A stretch of 64,000 nt of DNA from assembly GCA_002430735.1 (NCBI GenBank), contig DJCV01000011.1, positions 19,612-83,611 on the forward strand, given 5' to 3'. A program made the position numbers and the translations under genes. Below, piece by piece: positions 46,121-55,602 of this stretch. Positions within the stretch are counted from its first letter, which is position 1. The number at the start of each line of letters is the position of its first letter. Source of the DNA: Candidatus Woesebacteria bacterium UBA5941. Lineage in GTDB: Bacteria > Patescibacteriota > Microgenomatia > UBA8517. The notes below the pieces were generated by a model. It saw nothing but the letters and a program-made list of their open reading frames with translations, did not search any database and was not told where the DNA came from.

Positions 46121-46558
46121 ATGTCATCAGTCAGCACTTATCTTAACTTCGCTGGGAACACAGAAGAAGCTTTCCTCTTTTATAAATCCGTCTTTGGCAC
46201 TGAATTTGATGGCGGCATTATGCGCATGAGTGAAGCTCCTATTGAGGAAGGTAAAACACTATCAGAAAGTGAGAAGAATGCCGTTATGCATGTACAGCTT
46301 CCAATCCTTGGCGGACACGTGTTAATGGGTACTGATATAACAGCGTCAATGGGATTTGACGTTATTAAAGGGAATAACGTCTATATTAATCTCCAACCTG
46401 ATACGAAAGCAGAAACGGAACGTTTGTTTAAAGCCCTCTCAGCGGGTGGGACAATTGAAATGGAATTACAAGAAGCTTTTTGGGGAGACTACTATGGATC
46501 CTGTATTGATAAGTTCGGAACGCGCTGGATGGTTAACTGTTCTGAAAAGAAAAAGTGA
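46121..46558 (+). CDS. VOC (glyoxalase/bleomycin-resistance/PhnB-like) family protein
   Basis: PhnB-like pattern YLNFAGNTEEAFLFYKSVFG...HVQLPILGGHVLMGTD...EAFWGDYYG. Confidence 0.7.
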   Translation: MSSVSTYLNFAGNTEEAFLFYKSVFGTEFDGGIMRMSEAPIEEGKTLSESEKNAVMHVQLPILGGHVLMGTDITASMGFDVIKGNNVYINLQPDTKAETERLFKALSAGGTIEMELQEAFWGDYYGSCIDKFGTRWMVNCSEKKK

Positions 46559-47442
46559 TGCAAAAAATAGTTCCCCACTTTTGGTTTGATACAAAAGAAG
46601 ATATACACGAAGCAACCAGGTTATATACTTCCCTCTTTCCTAATTCTCAAATTACGAATGTCTTAACGATCACAGACACTCCTTCAGGTGACAGCGATAT
46701 CGTAACGTTCACTTTAGCGGGGCAAGATTTCATGGGTATTAGTGCTGGGCCATATTTTAAATTCAACCCCTCTATCTCGCTTTTTGTGGTATTTGATACT
46801 GAAGCTGAGATTGAAGCTGTGTGGAATAAGTTAGTTGAAGGAGGAGAGGTTTTAATGGAATACCAAACCTACCCATGGGCCCAGAAGTACGGATGGCTCA
46901 AGGATAAGTTTGGACTTTCATGGCAGCTTTCAATGAGTGATAACCACAAATTAAATCAGAAGATTACTCCAATGCTTATGTTCACCCAGGATAAAGCAGG
47001 GAAAGCAAAAGAGGCGATTGAACTGTACACGAGCATTTTTCCTAATTCAAAAGTTGAAATGATTGCCCCGTATGAAAAAGGAGATGGAGATACAGAAGGG
47101 TTTATCAAACACTCACGGTTCACGCTTTCTGGGCAACTGTTCATGGCAATGGATAGTAGTGGACCACATAAATTTGTTTTTACAGAAGCGATTTCATTAC
47201 TCGTTCACTGTGATACTCAAGAAGAGATTGATCACTATTGGGAAAAGCTCTCAGCAGTGCCTGAATCTGAACAATGCGGATGGCTCAAAGACAAATTTGG
47301 TGTATCGTGGCAAATTTCACCAACTGAAATGAATAACATGATGGAAAATGGAACCCCTGAACAGGTAGCACGAGTAACGCAAGCCTTCCTTAAAATGAAG
47401 AAATTTGATATCGCTGAACTTCAGAAAGCATACAAAGGATAA
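46555..47442 (+). CDS. tandem-domain VOC/PhnB-like protein
   Basis: Two repeats, each with the W..KYGWLKDKFG.SWQ signature. Confidence 0.7.
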   Translation: MMQKIVPHFWFDTKEDIHEATRLYTSLFPNSQITNVLTITDTPSGDSDIVTFTLAGQDFMGISAGPYFKFNPSISLFVVFDTEAEIEAVWNKLVEGGEVLMEYQTYPWAQKYGWLKDKFGLSWQLSMSDNHKLNQKITPMLMFTQDKAGKAKEAIELYTSIFPNSKVEMIAPYEKGDGDTEGFIKHSRFTLSGQLFMAMDSSGPHKFVFTEAISLLVHCDTQEEIDHYWEKLSAVPESEQCGWLKDKFGVSWQISPTEMNNMMENGTPEQVARVTQAFLKMKKFDIAELQKAYKG

Positions 47443-47509
47443 TTAATTTATACTCCAAAAAACACATATAGCGCGTTAATTCACGTTCTTTAATGTATAA
47501 TTCTCGAAC

Positions 47510-47989
47510 ATGACAATAGATAAGAATCAGATGGAATATCGAAAAAAAGCTTCTGCAATTATTTTTGATTCCGAAAATCGACTACTTTTAGTACAGCTCC
47601 ATGATTACGATGAACATCAATGGAACGTCCCTGGTGGGGGAATAGAAGTTGGTGAAACCCCTCTAACTGCAATTCGTAGAGAAATGGAAGAAGAACTGGG
47701 AACAACACATTTCGAATTAGTCGAGCAATCTAAAATTATAGATCGATATGATTTTCCTGATCAGTTGATAGAAAGAATAATAAATGAGGGTAGAAATTAC
47801 AGAGGACAAGAGCAAATCCAGTTTATTTTTAAATTCACAGGGAAAGATTCTGAAATTAAGATACAAGAAGATGAAATTCGCAAGTACAAATGGGTACCCT
47901 TATCAAAATTAGAAGAACATTTAGTTTTTCCTAATCAGTTAGAAAACATTCTAAACGTAATAGAGAATTCCGCATTAAACATTAAGTAA
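47510..47989 (+). CDS. NUDIX hydrolase
   Basis: Nudix box GGGIEVGETPLTAIRREMEEELG. Confidence 0.8.
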   Translation: MTIDKNQMEYRKKASAIIFDSENRLLLVQLHDYDEHQWNVPGGGIEVGETPLTAIRREMEEELGTTHFELVEQSKIIDRYDFPDQLIERIINEGRNYRGQEQIQFIFKFTGKDSEIKIQEDEIRKYKWVPLSKLEEHLVFPNQLENILNVIENSALNIK

Positions 47990-47995
47990 CTTTTG

Positions 47996-48068
47996 TGACC
48001 CCACTGGAATTCGAATCCAGGTTCCCAGAATGAGAATCTGGTGTCCTAGTCCACTAGACGATGGGGCC
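47996..48068 (-). tRNA. tRNA-Glu (anticodon CUC)
   Basis: The reverse complement folds as a cloverleaf. Acceptor stem GGCCCCA/TGGGGTC, D-arm TCGTCTAGTGGACTAGGAC, anticodon stem CCAGA/TCTGG with loop TTCTCAT, and T-arm TGGATTCGAATTCCA. It closely parallels canonical bacterial tRNA-Glu. No CCA is encoded. Confidence 0.8.
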
Positions 48069-48139
48069 AAATAGTAGCGTAATACCTCTATATTTTAGCC
48101 TATACTATCGGCAATCTCAATAAAGCGGCTCAAGCTAGA

Positions 48140-50560
48140 TTATGAAGCAGAGATGTAATTCGATTGTCTGCGTTTTTTGTTAGGAACTCCAACAAATGGA
48201 TCTTTTGTCAAAGCAACACCCAAGACATCAGTTAAGCTGTCTTTAAACAAGAACTTAATATCTTTCTTCACATTCTCTGGCACATCTTCCATATCTTTTT
48301 CATTGTCAGCTGGAAGAATAATCGTCTTTAAACCTGCACGGTGTGCAGCAACCACCTTTTCTTTCACCCCACCAATCTCAAGTACTCGTCCTCTTAATGT
48401 CACTTCTCCCGTCATTCCGACATCACGCTTCACTGGGATACCAGTTACCGCTGAGACTACAGCTGTAGCCAACGCAATACCGGCAGATGGACCATCCTTT
48501 GGTGTTGCTCCTTCAGGAACGTGGACGTGAACATCAATGTTTTTCAAAAAATCCTTGTCAACACCTAAGTCTTCAGCATGGGCACGAGTCCACGTGAATG
48601 CTGCTTTAGCGCTTTCTTTCATAACGCTTCCCAGTTGCCCGGTTAATGTTAATTTTCCTGTTCCTGGCATAAGGGCTACTTCAATAAAGAGAATTTCCCC
48701 ACCGACTGATGTAACGGCGAGACCGGTTGACATTCCCACTTCATCATTACGTCCTGCAATTTGTGAATTGAATTTTCGTGGCCCTAAATATGTTGGGACA
48801 TCTTTTACATCAACTGTTATCTTTTTCTTTGCATCCTCAGCAACCATTCGCGCAACTTTCCGACAAATAGCAGCAATGTTTCGCTCTAAATCTCGAACTC
48901 CTGACTCTCGCGTATAATTCTTAACCACCGTTCTAACTGCTTCATCAGTAATGGTTATATTTTTCTCTGTTAGTCCATGCGCCTTCACCTGCTTTGGCCA
49001 CAAGTATTTGCGAGCAATATTGAATTTTTCATCTTCAATGTACCCAGCAAATCGAATAATTTCTAATCGATCACGCAGTGGCCCTGGAATGGTGTCTAAT
49101 ACGTTTGCGGTACAGATAAACATGACTTGTGACAAATCAAACGGCACTTCTAAATAGTGATCTGAAAATTCTTTATTTTGTTCAGGATCTAAAATTTCAA
49201 GTAAGGCAGATGATGGATCTCCACGATAATCCATGCCGAGTTTATCGATTTCATCAAGCATAAATACCGGGTTTCTCGTTCCAGCGGTTTTAATGCTTTG
49301 GATCATTCGACCAGGAAGAGCTCCCACATAGGTACGTCTGTGTCCGCGGAGTTCTGCTTCATCTCGAATTCCTCCCAATGAGACTCGAACAAACTCTCGA
49401 CCTAATGCCTTTGCAATGGACCTTCCGATTGAGGTTTTACCAACACCTGGAGGACCTACGAAACAAAGAATAGTTGGATGCGTACTCATTTCGCTTTCTT
49501 TTTTGGCCTGCTTTGCATGTTCTTCTTCCTTTAACTTCATGACTGAGAGAAACTCTAAAATTCGCTCTTTAGCTTTCCCTAAGCCATAATGATCTTCGTC
49601 CAATACCTCACCGGCTTTCTGCACGGATACTTTTGTTGGGGTAAGGGTTGCCCATGGCATGTCACACAACCAATCTAAATAATTGCGGATGTATCCTGTT
49701 TCTGGATTGTGAGGAGACATGTTCGAAAGGCGCTTATATTCTTTCATTGCTTTCTCATACACATCTTTTGGCATTTTTGCCTTTTTAATTTTTGCCTTAT
49801 ATTCGTTTACATCATCATCTTCCTCTTCACCGTCTTCGTTGAGTTCTTGTTCAATTGCACGCTTCCGTTCTCTCAAAATGCTTTTCTTCATTTGATCATC
49901 AAATCGCTTCTGAGTTTTCACTGAAATTGTTCTTTCTAATTCAAGAACTGACACTTCATGTGCCGTGTATTCAAGGACTTTCTCAAGACGTTTTTTAACG
50001 GACAGTTCTTCCAAAAGGAGTTGCTTTTCTTCAGTCTTCACATCAAGTACGCCTGCAACGGAATCCACGAGTTCTACGGTATCAGTGTGTTGTGACAAGA
50101 TTCTCATAATAGTGGTAATCTCAACACCTTTGCCAAGGTTGACCGCTTTTCTAAACAGGTCAACAAGCCGTTTGCTCATTGCTTCTACTTCAGTGTCATC
50201 AAAGTGCTCCTCAGGGAGTTCTTCAACGCGTGCTACTAAATATGGCTCTTCTGATAATGTCTCAACTAATCGAACCCTGCTTTGTCCTTTTACCATTGCG
50301 TGAATTTCTCCATCGGTTGTCATCATTTGAGTAATCACGACCAGTGTTCCAATTGGGTATAAATCAGCCATAGAAGGTTCGGCTTGATCAGGCTTTTTCT
50401 GAGCGAAGATTGCGACGATTCGGTCGTCCTGATATGCAGCATCCACTGCAGCAATAGACTTAGGGCGTCCAAATGAGAGAAGAGAATCAGTGTGTGGAAA
50501 TACAACTGAACCACGAACCGGAACGACAGGAATTGGTTTTGTGTAAATGGATTCTGGCAT
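48140..50560 (-). CDS. lon: ATP-dependent protease Lon
   Basis: LON N-domain, AAA+ module GPPGVGKTSIGRSIA, and proteolytic Ser-Lys dyad region PKDGPSAGIA. Confidence 0.95.
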   Translation of the reverse strand: MPESIYTKPIPVVPVRGSVVFPHTDSLLSFGRPKSIAAVDAAYQDDRIVAIFAQKKPDQAEPSMADLYPIGTLVVITQMMTTDGEIHAMVKGQSRVRLVETLSEEPYLVARVEELPEEHFDDTEVEAMSKRLVDLFRKAVNLGKGVEITTIMRILSQHTDTVELVDSVAGVLDVKTEEKQLLLEELSVKKRLEKVLEYTAHEVSVLELERTISVKTQKRFDDQMKKSILRERKRAIEQELNEDGEEEDDDVNEYKAKIKKAKMPKDVYEKAMKEYKRLSNMSPHNPETGYIRNYLDWLCDMPWATLTPTKVSVQKAGEVLDEDHYGLGKAKERILEFLSVMKLKEEEHAKQAKKESEMSTHPTILCFVGPPGVGKTSIGRSIAKALGREFVRVSLGGIRDEAELRGHRRTYVGALPGRMIQSIKTAGTRNPVFMLDEIDKLGMDYRGDPSSALLEILDPEQNKEFSDHYLEVPFDLSQVMFICTANVLDTIPGPLRDRLEIIRFAGYIEDEKFNIARKYLWPKQVKAHGLTEKNITITDEAVRTVVKNYTRESGVRDLERNIAAICRKVARMVAEDAKKKITVDVKDVPTYLGPRKFNSQIAGRNDEVGMSTGLAVTSVGGEILFIEVALMPGTGKLTLTGQLGSVMKESAKAAFTWTRAHAEDLGVDKDFLKNIDVHVHVPEGATPKDGPSAGIALATAVVSAVTGIPVKRDVGMTGEVTLRGRVLEIGGVKEKVVAAHRAGLKTIILPADNEKDMEDVPENVKKDIKFLFKDSLTDVLGVALTKDPFVGVPNKKRRQSNYISAS

Positions 50561-50601
50561 TGCTTACGTGTTAGCAGTCTAACAACTTGAGTGCTACGAT
50601 G

Positions 50602-51066
50602 TCAAGACCTCAATTTTCGACGTTTGGCATGCATCGTATCAAAAAAGAGTGCAACGGTCACCCCAATCAAGGCTCCAAAAGCAATATCGCTCGGGTAATG
50701 GACACTTGCAGCCACGCGCCCTAACGCAATTAATGCGGATAAAACGAGGAGAAATATTCCTAAACGCCGTCTGTGTAGAGCTACGGTAGTTGATATTGCA
50801 AAAGCGAGCCCTGCGTGTGCTGAGGGAAAGCTTGAGAGGAGTGCGAGCCCTGCATCAGGTTCAACCATTTGCACTTCAAAAGGACGTGGACGCGCAAACA
50901 ACTCTTTGAGCAAGACTGAGACGATTAATGTGACAGTTGTTACAAAGAACGCGTGCCAAAACACTTCGCGATCAGATTTTCGCGAGTACAAGAATCCAAG
51001 CACCAGAAGTACTAAAAAAATAACACCGTTCGTGTTTAAAAAAACAATGAGTGGTTGTTCAATCAT
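50602..51066 (-). CDS. PAP2-family membrane phosphatase
   Basis: Motifs SFPSAHA and SVHYPSDIAFGALIG. Confidence 0.7.
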   Translation of the reverse strand: MIEQPLIVFLNTNGVIFLVLLVLGFLYSRKSDREVFWHAFFVTTVTLIVSVLLKELFARPRPFEVQMVEPDAGLALLSSFPSAHAGLAFAISTTVALHRRRLGIFLLVLSALIALGRVAASVHYPSDIAFGALIGVTVALFFDTMHAKRRKLRS

Positions 51067-51760
51067 GAATGACTATTCTCGTTCCTGGATTTTCTTCACT
51101 CGCACGCACTATTCGTTGTCCCTCTGTAAGTACTGGGGTCACCCACTCGTAAAGGGTTTTCGCGATAGGGGTCGGTAAATTAACACATCCATGGCTTCTT
51201 TGCGTCCCGAAGTCACTATGCCAATAGGTGCCATGGAGTCCGTATCCAAGACCCGCAGCAACATCCTCGTTACTGAAAAACATCACATACGGGACATTGG
51301 GAAGATTATAGTAGTATCGTCCTTCTCCTCCTTCCATTTTCGTCGCGCGAATTTTCATCCAAATACGAAATTCACCAGTAGGAGTTGGTGTTCCGGGTAG
51401 ACCGGAGGACACAGGTGTTTCTAAATAGAGTGTTCCCCCATCCCACGCTCTGAGACGTTGGTCTGATAAATCAACTTCTATCCATCTCTCGCTCGGTTCA
51501 GCCATTCCAAGAACCGCAGTGGCATCATTTTCTGTGGCGAGAACTTCTGTCGGAACTGTTACCTGAGACCCCGACCAATATCCCAAACGTCCAGAGGGAT
51601 CAATAATTCCTGAATAATCATTGGTTTCACAGGCCGAAGGTGAGGCTGCAACAGTGGTGGTTTCAATGGTTGTTCTCCATAAAACCCCCATTGCAAAGAG
51701 AAACACTACCGGGATCAAATACAAGTACGGACGAATCGTCTTATACACTTTCTTTGTCAT
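51059..51760 (-). CDS. L,D-transpeptidase (YkuD domain)
   Basis: Catalytic HGCVNLP motif (RSHGCVNLP). N-terminal TM anchor. Confidence 0.75.
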   Translation of the reverse strand: MTKKVYKTIRPYLYLIPVVFLFAMGVLWRTTIETTTVAASPSACETNDYSGIIDPSGRLGYWSGSQVTVPTEVLATENDATAVLGMAEPSERWIEVDLSDQRLRAWDGGTLYLETPVSSGLPGTPTPTGEFRIWMKIRATKMEGGEGRYYYNLPNVPYVMFFSNEDVAAGLGYGLHGTYWHSDFGTQRSHGCVNLPTPIAKTLYEWVTPVLTEGQRIVRASEENPGTRIVIHD

Positions 51761-51823
51761 CTCTCATGCTACCGTAGATTTACTGAAAAAAGCAAAGACA
51801 AAACGTAGTAATATAGAAGCTAC

Positions 51824-52192
51824 ATGAGTTACCGAAGGCCCATACACAGAAGTTTTTACTACGCATCAGATGGCATTAAGGAAGCATTTCGAAATGAGCC
51901 TAATTTTAGAGCTCACATTATTGTTTCAATTATTGTTTTAGTTCTAGGTTTCTTCTTAGGGCTTACGAATCTTGAATGGATCGTGCTCTTCTTAACGATT
52001 GCCTTTGTGATCGTGCTCGAACTGATTAACACATCAATTGAAGCCTTGGTTGATCTGGCCAGTCCAGAGATCCATCCGAAAGCCAAAGTCGCAAAAGATG
52101 TTGCTGCAGCTGCTGTACTTCTTGCGGCACTGTCTGCAGGGCTTATTGGGATGCTTCTTTTTATACCAAAAATCTTTTATTTCTTTAATTAA
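51824..52192 (+). CDS. dgkA: diacylglycerol/undecaprenol kinase DgkA
   Basis: Three-TM, 122-aa protein with conserved acidic motif ELINTSIE. Confidence 0.75.
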   Translation: MSYRRPIHRSFYYASDGIKEAFRNEPNFRAHIIVSIIVLVLGFFLGLTNLEWIVLFLTIAFVIVLELINTSIEALVDLASPEIHPKAKVAKDVAAAAVLLAALSAGLIGMLLFIPKIFYFFN

Positions 52193-52200
52193 TAGCGCGT

Positions 52201-52944
52201 CTATTTGAGGAAAAATGCAGTGAGTAAACCTACGACAATTGCATAGTATCCAAAATATGAATATCGTTTGCTTGTAAGGGTGCTCAGTAAAAAGCCAATT
52301 GAGAAATACGCCGTAACTCCAGCGACAACTGCTCCAAACAGGTACTCAAGCGTCGCTCCGTTTGTCGCAAACCCATGAGAAAGAACCTGAACAACGCTCG
52401 CACCTAAAATCGCTGGGATGGAAAGCAGAAACGTGAATTCAGCAACTTTTTTGCGCTCAACACCGAGGAATGTACCAATAAAGATTGTTGCTCCTGAGCG
52501 AGAAATACCAGGAATAATCGCAACAGCTTGCGCAATACCAATACAAATTGCGTCTAGTACACCCACTTTTGTCCGGTCGGTTTTTGCTCGATCGACGAAT
52601 AGATTTAAAACACCGCTCATGGCTAAGGTTATCCCTGCCCAAAAGACACTACTAAAAAGCAATTCAAACTCTTCTCGAAAGACAACTCCGGCAATTGCGG
52701 CTGGAATACTACCTATGGCAAGTAACAGCAATTGTCTCGGAGTAATTAGTAAGAGCGTTTTCCTAAAGTAAATAAGAACAGCAACAGTTGTCGCCACATG
52801 GAGCATCACATCAAAAAACACCCCAGTTTGTGTAAACCCTGGAAGGAGATGTTGCACAAAGACTAAATGTGCAGATGAAGAAATGGGAAGAAACTCAGTA
52901 ATCCCCTGGACAACGCCCAGAATTGCCGCTGTTAGATAGTTCAT
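52201..52944 (-). CDS. uppP: undecaprenyl-diphosphate phosphatase UppP (BacA)
   Basis: Motifs GITEFLPISSSAHL and PGISRSG. Confidence 0.9.
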   Translation of the reverse strand: MNYLTAAILGVVQGITEFLPISSSAHLVFVQHLLPGFTQTGVFFDVMLHVATTVAVLIYFRKTLLLITPRQLLLLAIGSIPAAIAGVVFREEFELLFSSVFWAGITLAMSGVLNLFVDRAKTDRTKVGVLDAICIGIAQAVAIIPGISRSGATIFIGTFLGVERKKVAEFTFLLSIPAILGASVVQVLSHGFATNGATLEYLFGAVVAGVTAYFSIGFLLSTLTSKRYSYFGYYAIVVGLLTAFFLK

Positions 52945-53597
52945 AAGCTATTGTATGTCTCCTCAGTGAGCTTATCTAGAGGAATTGCATTCTCAATTGA
53001 ATACTCTCCAATTTTCGTCCTCCTCAGGTTTGATAAGTGAGCAGCTGTCCCCAACCTAATACCAATGTCACGCGCAAGGGAGCGAATATATGTTCCACTA
53101 CTTACTTCACATTCAACGACAAGGAGTGGGTGTTCATATGAAATAACGTTTAATGCATAAATAGTAATTGGCCGTGGAGGAAGCACGATGTCACCACCGC
53201 TTCGAGCTATTTCATATGCTTTTTTGCCGTTTTGTTTTATTGCTGAATAAATGGGAGGAACTTGCTCAGAATCTCCGAGGAATGTTTGTAAAACTGAATC
53301 GATTTTTTCGCGGGTAAAGGGATTTGTTTGCTTTTCTTCTACAACCTCCCCTTCTGAGTCATCAGTCGTTGTACTTATGCCGAGCGTAATTTCTCCAATG
53401 TATGTCTTTTTAGTGGCCTTCGTTATTTCGCCTAATTTTTTTGTGTCTTCACGAGTTACTGCGACGATTAATAGTCCAGTGGCATTTGGATCGAGCGTCC
53501 CCGCATGTCCAACACGGCGTTCACGAGCCACCCGACGCACACGATCAACGACATCATGAGAAGTAATACCTTTCGGCTTATCAATAAGAAGAAGCAT
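52941..53597 (-). CDS. truB: tRNA pseudouridine(55) synthase TruB
   Basis: Catalytic motif GHAGTLDPNATGLL. The protein is short, with no or minimal PUA domain. Confidence 0.9.
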   Translation of the reverse strand: MLLLIDKPKGITSHDVVDRVRRVARERRVGHAGTLDPNATGLLIVAVTREDTKKLGEITKATKKTYIGEITLGISTTTDDSEGEVVEEKQTNPFTREKIDSVLQTFLGDSEQVPPIYSAIKQNGKKAYEIARSGGDIVLPPRPITIYALNVISYEHPLLVVECEVSSGTYIRSLARDIGIRLGTAAHLSNLRRTKIGEYSIENAIPLDKLTEETYNSL

Positions 53598-53603
53598 ATA
53601 AAG

Positions 53604-54233
53604 TTACTGCTTTAAATAGGCCAATGCCTTTTGAAGATTTTGATCTACTTGATTCCAATTCACAATATTCCAGAACGCATCAACGTAATCAGCGCGTTTG
53701 TTTTGATATTTGAGGTAATATGCGTGTTCCCACACATCTAGCCCTAAAATTGCATCTTTCTTTTCCATCCATGGAGTATCTTGATTTGGGGTTGATACTA
53801 TTTTGACCGTGTTCTCATCATGTAAAACGAGCCAGACCCACCCACTTCCAAATCGTCCAAGTGCAGCTTCTTTAAACTGTGCTTTAAAGGTTTCCAGGTC
53901 ACCAAATGATTTTGTTATAACGGATGTAACAAGCTCTGAAGGTGTTCCGCTTTCATCATGTGGTGCCAACAGTTTCCAGAAGAATGCGTGGTTTGCATGT
54001 CCTCCTCCATTGTTTTGAACCTTCACACGAATATCCTCTGGAAGTGATTTCAGATCAGAGACTAATTCCCATACTTCTTTATTTTGAAGCTGAGGATGAG
54101 ATTCAAGCGTCTTGTTGAGATTATCAACATACGCTTGATGATGCTTATCGTGATGAATGGTCATAGTAGACTCATCAATAAAAGGTTCAAAGACATTTGG
54201 AGAATAAGGAAGATTGGGTAAGGAGAATGACAC
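53604..54233 (-). CDS. Fe/Mn superoxide dismutase
   Basis: HHDKHHQAYVDNLN and DVWEHAYYLKYQNKRADY metal-ligand motifs. Confidence 0.92.
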   Translation of the reverse strand: MSFSLPNLPYSPNVFEPFIDESTMTIHHDKHHQAYVDNLNKTLESHPQLQNKEVWELVSDLKSLPEDIRVKVQNNGGGHANHAFFWKLLAPHDESGTPSELVTSVITKSFGDLETFKAQFKEAALGRFGSGWVWLVLHDENTVKIVSTPNQDTPWMEKKDAILGLDVWEHAYYLKYQNKRADYVDAFWNIVNWNQVDQNLQKALAYLKQ

Positions 54234-54235
54234 AG

Positions 54236-54517
54236 TTAACGCTTTTTACCTGCCGCAGCAACTTCGCCGATACTATCAGCAACACGTGTTAATCGACCTG
54301 TTGCTTTATTTTCAACGAAAATGCCTCCACCAGTGTCATACGCGACTTCATCGCCTTTTTGCCCAATTTGCTTCCAACTTTTACGTATTTCGTTGATGTC
54401 TTCGGCACTTTCTTGACCGAGTTGAATTTTTGTTTGTCTTTCCCAATCAATTTGATTTGCGTCAGGTGAAGTCTGCTTTTCGCTTTCTGGGTTAAATCCT
54501 GGTGGATGTCCTTCCAT
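54236..54517 (-). CDS. small hypothetical hydrophilic protein
   Basis: ORF from an internal Met (MEGHPPGF...). I recognise no family. Confidence 0.35.
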   Translation of the reverse strand: MEGHPPGFNPESEKQTSPDANQIDWERQTKIQLGQESAEDINEIRKSWKQIGQKGDEVAYDTGGGIFVENKATGRLTRVADSIGEVAAAGKKR

Positions 54518-54581
54518 CTTTCTATTATGTACCGAGTTATCCAAAAAATCAACATTTCCCCTCACCCTGTATAATGGATGT

Positions 54582-55592
54582 ATGAGAAAACTAGTTCTCA
54601 GTATTTTTGTCGCTTTTTTAGGATTCGGGCTTTTCGTGCCTTTCGTTTCTGCGCAAGAAACAACTAAAGAAATTAAAAACAATCGATTTGGAATTCATAT
54701 TGTCGATGAAAGTGACCTCGTTGATGCAGCAAAGCTCGTTAATAGTAATGGTGGTGAATGGGGATATGTAACTTTTGTAATTAGAGAAGATGAATTGGAT
54801 ACAGCGAGGTGGACTGCAGCATTTAACCAGATGAAGGAATTAAAGCTCATACCAATTGTTCGCATTGCAACACTACAGCTTGGTGGTATGTGGGTAAAGC
54901 CAACCACTGAAAGTGCCGATAAATGGGCTGAGTTCTTAAATAGTCTTCCGTGGCCCATTAAAAAGCGTTATGTCATCTTATTTAATGAGCCGAATCACCG
55001 CGTTGAATGGGGAGGAGAGATCAACCCTCGTGAGTATGCAAGAATCGCCCGTGCATATTGGGAAGAATTGAAAAAAGCCTCATTTGAGTTTGCAGTTCTT
55101 CCTGCAGGACTTGATGCAGCAGCACCGAATGGACCGACCACTATGGATTCAAAAGATTACTTTGATCAAATGGTGCAAGAAGATCCGCTCATATTCACAC
55201 TCTTTGATGGATGGGCCAGTCACAGTTATCCAAATCCTGGCTTCTCAGGTAGCCCGTCAGAGAATGGAAAAATGACAATACGAGGGTTTGAATGGGAGCT
55301 TAACTACTTGTCACAATATCATTTACCTCAAAATTCACCAGTATTTATTACTGAAACTGGGTGGCGCAATTCAAATAACAAGCAAGAACAAATCGCTTCC
55401 TATTACCAACAAGCGTTTAGTGAAGCGTGGAATCATCCAAATGTTGTTGCTGTTACTCCATTTTTACTTCGGTACGATGCAAAGCCATTTAATACATTTT
55501 CATGGAAGATTCCTGGAACTGACACATATTATCCATACTACAAAGAAGTATTAGGAATTAGTAAAAACGCAGGAACACCGGAGACGGAATAA
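54582..55592 (+). CDS. secreted clan GH-A-like glycoside hydrolase (TIM barrel)
   Basis: Signal peptide MRKLVLSIFVAFLGFGLFVPFVSAQ. Acid/base motif NEPN (LFNEPNH) and nucleophile motif ITETGW. Confidence 0.55.
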   Translation: MRKLVLSIFVAFLGFGLFVPFVSAQETTKEIKNNRFGIHIVDESDLVDAAKLVNSNGGEWGYVTFVIREDELDTARWTAAFNQMKELKLIPIVRIATLQLGGMWVKPTTESADKWAEFLNSLPWPIKKRYVILFNEPNHRVEWGGEINPREYARIARAYWEELKKASFEFAVLPAGLDAAAPNGPTTMDSKDYFDQMVQEDPLIFTLFDGWASHSYPNPGFSGSPSENGKMTIRGFEWELNYLSQYHLPQNSPVFITETGWRNSNNKQEQIASYYQQAFSEAWNHPNVVAVTPFLLRYDAKPFNTFSWKIPGTDTYYPYYKEVLGISKNAGTPETE

Positions 55593-55602
55593 TTATTATT
55601 CC

